Position numbers and translations under genes: made by a program. A stretch of 64,000 bases of DNA from Polyangiaceae bacterium (GTDB taxonomy: Bacteria > Myxococcota_A > Polyangia > Polyangiales > Polyangiaceae). The notes beneath the pieces were generated by a model. The model was given only the letters and a program-made list of their open reading frames with translations. It had not been told where the DNA came from and made no database searches. The stretch is taken from contig DASYBG010000008.1 of assembly GCA_036500865.1 (NCBI GenBank), positions 73,618 to 137,617 of the forward strand, in the 5' to 3' direction. Shown piece after piece: positions 1 through 10,400 of this stretch (positions within the stretch are counted from its first letter, which is position 1; each line of letters begins with the position of its first letter).

Positions 1-590
1 TCGAGGTCGAGCGCGTCGGCGAGGGTAAGGACGAAGAGTCTGCCGCGGGCAAGCGCGCCGAGCGTGTCCACCTCGTCGGTGCGGCGCACGGCGGAGAAGA
101 GGCGAGAGAGTTGGGCGTCGAGGTCGCGGAACAGCTCGGGGTCGAGCGGCAGCGCGGCGGGCGCCGACGGCGCTCTCCCGATGTCCCCGCGGTTCGTGAG
201 CGAGCCCAGGATGCGCGCGAGGAGGACGACCACGAGGTCGTCGCTGAGCTTCATCGCGCGGGCGCGCTTCGCGGCGTCGCTCTCGGCGATTTCGGCGACG
301 ATGGAGCGATACGTCTCGAGCAAATCCGGCAGTCCCGCCATGCGCGCCGCCAGCGCGTCCGCGCCGGGTCGCGGCGCGAGCTCGAACTGTTCGACGGGCG
401 CACCGTAAAGGATTCCCACGTCGTGCACGACGAAGAGGGGCAAGCGCACGCCGAGGCGGTCGAGGTCCCGCCACCATCGGACCGCACGGAGCAGCACCAT
501 GGCGCCCGCCGGCCGCACGGCCGCGAGGAGCAGCCCGCCCAACGGCCCTGCGATGGCCGGGTCGCTCTCCTTGTCGCCCGGCACCGGCAT
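1..590 (-). CDS. hypothetical protein, N-terminal part only (gene runs off the left edge of the window)
   Basis: Hand translation of the minus strand from ATG at 588-590 stays open to position 1 (about 196 codons, MPVPGDKESDPAIAGPLGGLLLAAVRPAG...). A GGGAGGGAGG Shine-Dalgarno lies just upstream and third positions are GC-rich. It is absent from the ORF track because it has no in-window stop. No motif recognised. Confidence 0.5.
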   Translation of the reverse strand, partial: MPVPGDKESDPAIAGPLGGLLLAAVRPAGAMVLLRAVRWWRDLDRLGVRLPLFVVHDVGILYGAPVEQFELAPRPGADALAARMAGLPDLLETYRSIVAEIAESDAAKRARAMKLSDDLVVVLLARILGSLTNRGDIGRAPSAPAALPLDPELFRDLDAQLSRLFSAVRRTDEVDTLGALARGRLFVLTLADALDL

Positions 591-681
591 GGCTTTTCCT
601 CCCTCCCGCGGCCGCTCGCGCTCGCGCTACGCCCGCCCGGGTCGGGCCCTCACCCCCGGCGCGGCGCGGGGGGCGAGACGG

Positions 682-1230
682 CTATTGCCACTGCTCACCC
701 TTCGACGTCGGGTCGGAGGGGTTCTCGCCGTTGATCGAATTCAGATCGGGCTTGAGGTTGATTTGCTTCACGCAGTGCCAATCTCCGATCTCCTGCGAGT
801 CGTCGAGCGCGTACTTTCCGTCGAGCTCGGGGATCGTCTTCAGGCTCTCGTCCTTCTGAGGGGGCACCTTGTAAATGAAGATGCCCGACCCGTGCACGTC
901 GCCGCTCGGCCCGATGGCGCCGTAGCGATGCTCCGTCCAAGTGAAATGGAAGACGTTCCCGTCGACGGTGCCGCTCATCTCGCCCCAGTGGCTCGAGTCG
1001 GCGCGCTTCCAGCGACCGACGATGTTCTCACCCTGCGGAACGAGGTGAAGGTAGCCGTAGACCGGGTTGTAGTAGACGCCGTCCCAGCTCTCGTTGGCGG
1101 ACATCTCGCCGCCCTTCGTGGAAGCGAACTTCGCCGCCGCACCGCCTCCGCCGCAAGCTTGCAGGGCACCGGCGGCGCCCGTCAGCGCGAGAGCGAACCC
1201 GAGACCGTATACCCATCGCCGAGCTTTCAT
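682..1230 (-). CDS. putative lipoprotein (182 aa)
   Basis: ORF 682..1344 trimmed to ATG at 1230. MKARRWVYGLGFALALTGAAGALQACGGG gives a signal peptide plus lipobox Cys. The mature part is Trp/Tyr/Gly-rich with no recognised family. Confidence 0.7.
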   Translation of the reverse strand: MKARRWVYGLGFALALTGAAGALQACGGGGAAAKFASTKGGEMSANESWDGVYYNPVYGYLHLVPQGENIVGRWKRADSSHWGEMSGTVDGNVFHFTWTEHRYGAIGPSGDVHGSGIFIYKVPPQKDESLKTIPELDGKYALDDSQEIGDWHCVKQINLKPDLNSINGENPSDPTSKGEQWQ

Positions 1231-1244
1231 GGCGGCGCATGTTA

Positions 1245-1277
1245 GCAAAAATCCCGATCGCAATAGCCCGGCGATCG
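1245..1277 (-). terminator. candidate rho-independent terminator/attenuator between secA and the downstream lipoprotein gene
   Basis: On the minus strand, CGATCGC-9 nt loop-GCGATCG (plus-strand 1255-1261 / 1271-1277) is followed by GGATTTTTGC. The stem is only 7 bp and sits about 15 nt before the next start codon. Confidence 0.4.
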
Positions 1278-1362
1278 CGCCCCTCGGCGTCGGCCTCGAC
1301 TCTGCCTCGTCATCGCTCGAGCGTGCGGGCCTCCAGATGAGCATCCGCGCGAGCGTGCGAAC

Positions 1363-4437
<3,075 letters not shown>

Positions 4438-4767
4438 GAGACTTTCGATGGACCTTTCCGCCTGCGCAGGGTCGGGGGAAAGTAGTGCCCCGCGGCGACG
4501 AGCGCCAGTGGCGGACGCCCGGCGTGAGCGTATGTGCGTCTCTCCCTCGAACGAGCCGGCCGCCGAGGGTGGACGGCGGAGCCAGAGTCCCTCTTTCGGA
4601 GCTCTGGAGGAGAAGGCTCCCACCCCGGCGTGCGTCGTCGTGTATCGGCCCCACGGAAGGCGTTCGGGTCCGGTCCGTCGTGGCGCTTCACGACGGCGCT
4701 ACACTATGGAGAAGCGCCAGATTTATGCCGTCTTGACGAAGCTGCGCGTATATGGTCTGCGATAACT

Positions 4768-6195
4768 ATGCCCTTTTTCCCCGATGACCGCACGGTTCGC
4801 TCGGCGCGAATCGGTGATTCGGAGGACAGGCAGCCAGAGTCGGTCAAGCGCATCGTCACCCCGCTCGCCGGACTCGCCGAGGGCGATGCGTTGCAGGAGG
4901 CGGCGACGCGACCGGACGGGACCACGCTCGAGACCGATCGCTTCGTCGAGCGCGCGGTCGTGGGCCGCGGCGGCTCGGGCGTCGTCGTGCGGGCGTTCGA
5001 TCAGGTGATGCTGCGGGAAGTGGCGATCAAGGTCCTCGACCCCGAGCTCGCCACCGACGACGCGGAGGTCGACCGATTTTCGGAAGAGGCACGCATCAAC
5101 GGTCAGCTCGAGCATCCGAACATCGTTCCGGTCTACGAGCTCGGAATCGACCGGAGGAAGCGCCGCTTCTTGTGCATGAAGTTCGTCGAGGGGGTCACGC
5201 TCGAGGAAGCCCTCCATCGGCTCGGCGATGCGCGCCTCGAGCCTACCCACCTCGCGAAGTTTCTCCAGGTGTTCGTCAAGGTCTGCGACGCCGTGTCGTT
5301 CGCGCATAGCCGCAGCGTCATCCATCGCGACCTCAAGCCGACGAACATCATGATCAGCGACTTCGGCCAAGTCTACGTCCTCGACTGGGGGATCGCGCGC
5401 CTGCGGCCGCCCGTGGCAGGACGGAGCGGCCCGCGGGTCCTGGTCAGCGCCGACCATGCGGAGCACGCGGATCTCGATCCGCCCGGTTCGTGGGTCGGGA
5501 CGGCCGGGTACATGGCGCCCGAGCAGCTACGCGGACAAAACGCCACGCTCGACGAGCGGACGGACGTGTTCGCCCTCGGCGCGACGCTCTACCAAATCCT
5601 CACGGGCCAGCCTCCCCTCACCCCGGAAATCCTGCGCGCGATCTGGACGCACAATCCGCCCCCCGCCATCGCCTCGCCCGACGCGTTGATCCAGCCGCCG
5701 CGCATCCCGCCCGAGCTCTCGCGGATTGCTCTCCGCGCGCTCTCTTACGATCCGAGCGCTCGATACGCTTCGGTCGCCGAGCTGCAGCGCGACATCGAGT
5801 CGTTCCAGCGGGGTGCGTGGGAGCTGCCGCGCATGACGCTGCCCGCAGGAGCGATGATCGTGACCGAGGGCGAAGCCGGCAACACGGCGTACGTGATCCT
5901 CGAGGGGAGCTGCGTCGCTTACCGGGTCGAGGGCGGCGCGGAGGTCGAGCTGCGCGTCATGGGGCCGGGGGACGTTTTCGGGGAGACCGCCGTCTTCACG
6001 GAGAAGCCGCGCACCGCGAGCGTCAAGGCGCTCACCGACGTGATGCTCATGGTCGTCACACGCGAAGTGCTGTCGAACGCGCTCGGGCTGCGCTCCTGGA
6101 TGGGAGCCTTCGTCAGAGCGCTCGCGGACAGGTTCCGCGAGCTCGACGAGCGCCTGCGCAACGTCGAGCGACCGACCCGAGCTCCGGGCGGGTGA
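4768..6195 (+). CDS. Ser/Thr protein kinase with C-terminal cyclic-nucleotide-binding domain (475 aa)
   Basis: ORF 4534..6195 trimmed to ATG 4768 (MPFFPDD). Hanks motifs: VAIKVL, HRDLKPTNIM, DWG (DFG variant), GTAGYMAPE. The C-terminus has a cNMP-binding cassette (GDVFGETAV...PRTASVKAL). Confidence 0.9.
   Translation: MPFFPDDRTVRSARIGDSEDRQPESVKRIVTPLAGLAEGDALQEAATRPDGTTLETDRFVERAVVGRGGSGVVVRAFDQVMLREVAIKVLDPELATDDAEVDRFSEEARINGQLEHPNIVPVYELGIDRRKRRFLCMKFVEGVTLEEALHRLGDARLEPTHLAKFLQVFVKVCDAVSFAHSRSVIHRDLKPTNIMISDFGQVYVLDWGIARLRPPVAGRSGPRVLVSADHAEHADLDPPGSWVGTAGYMAPEQLRGQNATLDERTDVFALGATLYQILTGQPPLTPEILRAIWTHNPPPAIASPDALIQPPRIPPELSRIALRALSYDPSARYASVAELQRDIESFQRGAWELPRMTLPAGAMIVTEGEAGNTAYVILEGSCVAYRVEGGAEVELRVMGPGDVFGETAVFTEKPRTASVKALTDVMLMVVTREVLSNALGLRSWMGAFVRALADRFRELDERLRNVERPTRAPGG
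5821..6090 (+). other. cNMP-binding (CAP/PKA-type) domain within the 4768..6195 product
   Basis: MTLPAGAMIVTEGEAGNTAYVILEGSCVAYRVEGGAEVELRVMGPGDVFGETAVFTEKPRTASVKALTDVMLMVV. The FGE...R-T-A-S phosphate-binding cassette is recognisable by eye. Boundaries are approximate. Confidence 0.8.
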
Positions 6196-6261
6196 AGCCC
6201 CCGCCGGGGGGTTGACCGCCGGCGCCTCCTGCGCCGGTTCGCTTTGCGAGAGAGAGGGGCC

Positions 6262-7494
6262 ATGCACATTCGATTCGATCGCAGTCGTCAATTCTTGATC
6301 GCGGCCGTGATCGCCGTCGCGGTCGCGCCGCTGCTCGGAGCCTTGTTCCGCGGCGGCGTCCCGCCTCTCGAGTTCGGGCCGTTCCCGCCGAACGAAGCCG
6401 CGTCGCCGAAGCCTCCCTTCAGCCCCCTCTACTTCGCCGCGGGAGCCATCGTCGCGGGCGCCATCGTCGTCTTTCTGCTCTTTCCGGGCCTCTTCGGGTT
6501 CCACGAAAGCGGCAACCGCAAGCGTCCGCCGGGCGGCCGCCTCCCGTGGTGGTTCTGGGTCGGCGCCGCCGTGAACCTCACGAGCTGGTACGCGCACTGG
6601 TTCGGCGATCTTGCGATGGCGAAGTATTCGTTCATCCCGCTCTGGTGGGGATTCATCTTCGCCGTCGACGGCATCGTCTATCACCGGACCGGCGGCCGCT
6701 CGATGTTCGCCACCGAGACGGAGCGATTCGTCGTCATCGGCCTCGTCTCGATTCCAGCGTGGGGCTTCTTCGAATTCCTCAACTACTACGCCGACGAGTT
6801 CTGGGTGTATCCGAACAACCAGATCTTCTCGCCGACGGGGCAAGCTCTCTGGTACCTCGCGAGCTTCTCGGTCGTCTTGCCGGCGATCTTCGAGTGGTAC
6901 ACGCTCCTGCACACGTTCGACGGCTTGTGGAACCGCTGGGCGCGCGGGCCTTCGGTCGTCGCACCGAAGGGCATCCTCGGGTGGGTGCTCGTCGTCGGCT
7001 TCGTGGCGCTCGCACTCTTCGGCCGGTTTCCGTTTCTACTCTTCCCGTTCTTCTGGGTCGGGCCGCCGCTCGTCCTCACCGCGGCCGTCGCCATCCTCGG
7101 CTTCTGGACGCCGTTCCAGCCCATCACGAAGGGCAACTGGTCGCTCGTCGTCGTCGCTGGGCTGGCGTCGTTCGCGAACGGGATCTTCTGGGAGCTCTGG
7201 AACTACGGGAGCAAGTTCTTCCACGGCGGCGTCGTCACGAACCCCAATTACTGGTTTTACGACATCCCGTACGTGAACCGCTTCCACCCGTTCTCCGAGA
7301 TGCCGATCCTGGGCTACTTCGGATACCTCCCGTACGGGTTCCTCGCCTGGGTGTGCTGGCTCATCGCCGCGCACGTCCTCGGCCTCGACCCGAGCTTCGA
7401 CCTCACCCCCGGCGGCGCCGACGAGTCGGTCGCCCCCGGGCGCGTCGCGAGCCCCAGGGCGTCGACGCGGCCGGCCCCGCTCACTTCTCGCTGA
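6262..7494 (+). CDS. uncharacterised polytopic membrane protein (410 aa)
   Basis: ATG 6262 is preceded by GAGAGAGAGGGG. There are about 10 hydrophobic segments and the protein is very rich in Trp/Phe/Tyr. Internal motif duplication: FFEFLNYYADEFWVYP (about nt 6766-6813) and FWELWNYGSKFF..NPNYWFY (about nt 7186-7263). No family recognised. Confidence 0.75.
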   Translation: MHIRFDRSRQFLIAAVIAVAVAPLLGALFRGGVPPLEFGPFPPNEAASPKPPFSPLYFAAGAIVAGAIVVFLLFPGLFGFHESGNRKRPPGGRLPWWFWVGAAVNLTSWYAHWFGDLAMAKYSFIPLWWGFIFAVDGIVYHRTGGRSMFATETERFVVIGLVSIPAWGFFEFLNYYADEFWVYPNNQIFSPTGQALWYLASFSVVLPAIFEWYTLLHTFDGLWNRWARGPSVVAPKGILGWVLVVGFVALALFGRFPFLLFPFFWVGPPLVLTAAVAILGFWTPFQPITKGNWSLVVVAGLASFANGIFWELWNYGSKFFHGGVVTNPNYWFYDIPYVNRFHPFSEMPILGYFGYLPYGFLAWVCWLIAAHVLGLDPSFDLTPGGADESVAPGRVASPRASTRPAPLTSR

Positions 7495-10400
7495 GGACCT
7501 CGACGCCGGACCACTCCTCCGCCGGCGGATCGACCGCAAAACGGCGCGAGCGTTCCTCGAAGAGCGCCGAGGGGTGGTCGTCGAAGAGCTTCTCGCGGAG
7601 CGCGCCGAAGGCCCGCGTCGCCTCCGCGAAGTGCCGCGCGTAGTAAAGGTCGAGCGCGCCCTGCCATCGGGCGCTCGCCTCGGCCTTCGCCACTCGCACG
7701 AGCGGCGGGTCCGCGTCGAAGACCTCGTACATGTCGATCGGCTCGGCGTGACCCGCCACGCGCACGCGGTCGAGGAAGCGCGTGTGCGTCCGGATCCGCG
7801 GGACAAGGCGGTCGCGCGTTTCCCCCGACACGAGGAGCGGAACCCGGTAGCGCTTCGTCAGCCCCTCGATGCGGGACGCCACGTTCACGGTGTCGCCGAT
7901 GACGCCGCATTTCAGCCGCTCGGCGCCCCCGATCGTCCCCAGCGTCAGCATCCCGGTGTTGAGGCCGATGCCGATGGCGATGGGCCGGTCGTGCGATGCG
8001 GACCGCTGCGTGTTGAACGCGTCGACCGCCCGCACCATCGCCGCCGCCGCGTCGACCGCGTCCGACGGGGAGCGATCGAAGAGTGCCATGATGGCATCGC
8101 CGACGTAGCTGTCGACGAAGCCGCCGTGGGCGAGGATGGGCGGCTCCATGTGCGCGATGTACGCGTTGAGAAAGTCGATGTTCTCGGTCGGCGACATTCG
8201 CTCGACGAGCGTCGTGAACCCCCGGATGTCCGAGAAGAGGACGGTCATCACCTTCTGCACGCTCTCGCCGAGCTTGATGTCGAGGAACTGCGAGCGGCCG
8301 AGGCTGCGGAGGAACTCGCGCGGAACGAAGCGCGAGAACGAGTCGACCATCTTCTGGACGTGCTCGTAGAGGCGGGCGTTCTGGATCGAGATGGCGGCCT
8401 GCGAGGAGAGCATGCGGAGCGTCGTGAGCCGTTCGTCGGTGAACGCACCGCTCGCGAGATCGTTCTCGAGGTAGAGGACGCCCAGCGCTTCTCCGCGGTG
8501 GACGATCGGGAGTGCGAGCATCGAGCGCGCCGCGTGGTCTCGGAAGTAGGGATCGTCGATGAACTCGCGCTCCCGCGCGGCGTCGGCGAGGACGAGCGGC
8601 TCCCCGCTGCGGTCGACGTAGCGGATGATGGTCAGCGGCAGGTCGGCCCTCTCGAGCGGGTGGCGCTGCATGACCTCCGTCGGTCCACCCTCGCGCGTCT
8701 CGGCCTGCACGAGGAGCGGCAAACCCTCCTGCTCTCGGAGCAGGAGGCTCACCCGCGTCGCCCCCGCGTTCTCGCGCACGATGGCGGCGAGCCGCTCGAG
8801 GAGGCGCTCGAGGATGACCTCCTCGGAGATCGTCTGCGACGCGTTGAGGACCGTCGCGAGGTCGAGGGTGCTCCCGCCCGTGCCGCTTCGCGGCGAACTG
8901 TCGTCTTCGTGCGACTCCGGCACTCCGCCGAGGAGCCGCCCGTAGCGCTCGTCGAGGAACTCGACCTTTGCCGCCGCGCCCCACCGCGCGTAGTGGTAGC
9001 GCGCCTCCCGCATGTAGACCGCCGCGATGCGGTCGGAGCCCTGGCCGACGAAGAAGTGCGCCGCTCGCTCGTTCGCGAGGGCCTCGTAGCGGGCGAACGC
9101 GCCCTTGCGCGCCGCCGTCACCGCCGCGTCGTAAAGCCGCGTCGCCCCCGCGACGTCGCCCGTCAGGCGCGCCCACTCCGCGTCCATCAACACGAGGTAC
9201 TGCCCGAAGTTCTCCTGGTTGTGCCGTGCCCACTTCCTCATCATCCCGTGGAGCCGCCGCAGATGGCGCCGGGCCGCGCGGCGGTCGGTCCCGCCGTCGG
9301 GGATCGAGGCGCACACGAGGAAGGCGTGGAGGCAGTACTCGACCATGTACGGCGACCCGGCGAGCGCTCGGACCAGGCCGCGCGCCCTCCGGATCACGTC
9401 GAACCCGCGCTCGGGCTCCTCGTAGAAGAGGCAGATCTGGATGCGGTAGAGCGCGTGGATGCCGCCGCCCGACACGTTGCGGACGCGCGCCATCCGCGCC
9501 TGGCACGCTTCCTCGTCGAACTGATCGTCGGAGAGCGAGAGCCGGTCTTTTGTATGGCCGAGGAGGTTGGTCCAGAACTGCTGAGAGAGCTCCGCGGCGT
9601 CGCGTGCGTTCTGGTAATCGGTCTTCGCGATCGTGCCGAGGTATTTGCGTCCTTCGTCCCACGCGGTCCGTACGTCGAGGTCCGGGTCCCATAGATGGAT
9701 CCACCCGCACGCATACGCCGCGAAGAGCAGGTCCCCGGACTCGAGCCCGGCGCGGACGGCCTCCTGGAAGCACGGCCGGAGCTCCCGCCACGGACGGCTC
9801 CAACTCTGGCCGAAGAGGGCGCTCAGCACGAGGTTGCGGCAGCGCGACTCGGTTGCCTTGTATCGCTCGGTCAGGCGGACGGCGAGCTGGCCGAACGCGT
9901 TCGCGCTCTTCAGATCGCCGAGCCCGGCGAGCAAGACGACGTAGCTCGCGTAGGCCGCCGCCGATTCGGCGCCCCCTCCGTGCCGCAACGACAGGCGGAC
10001 TTGCTTCAGGACGACCGCGGCAAAGAGGCGGTCGTTGCCGGTGAGGTACGCCGGCGGGATGAAGTCGATGAGGATGCGCATGCAGAGGCGCACTTCGGGG
10101 TCGGTGATCTCGGCCGCGTTCTCGAGCTCCGCGACCGGCCTGCCTCCGAGCGCGGCCTTCGCGAGCAGGAGCTCCTTCACGATGGTCGCCGTCGTCGGGT
10201 TCGCGCCGACACGGATCCCCAGCAGCCGGAGCCCGCGCAGCCCCGCGTCGATCGCCTCCTCCATGCGATCGCAGTACGTGAGCTGCGTCAGCTGCATCGC
10301 GAAGACTTGCGCCTTCTCGAGGCGCGTCCTCGCCCGGTGGAGCAAATCCTGACAGAGCGCCGCCGCCTCGCCGAGCTCCCCGACGAGGTACGCGCTCGCG

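Noticed and set aside
4700-4768. A TTGACG hexamer and TATATG/GATAAC sequences before the cNMP-kinase start as a sigma70 promoter.
   Set aside because: No combination gives a 16-18 nt spacer between acceptable -35 and -10 hexamers. The local drop in GC is suggestive, but I cannot define a promoter.
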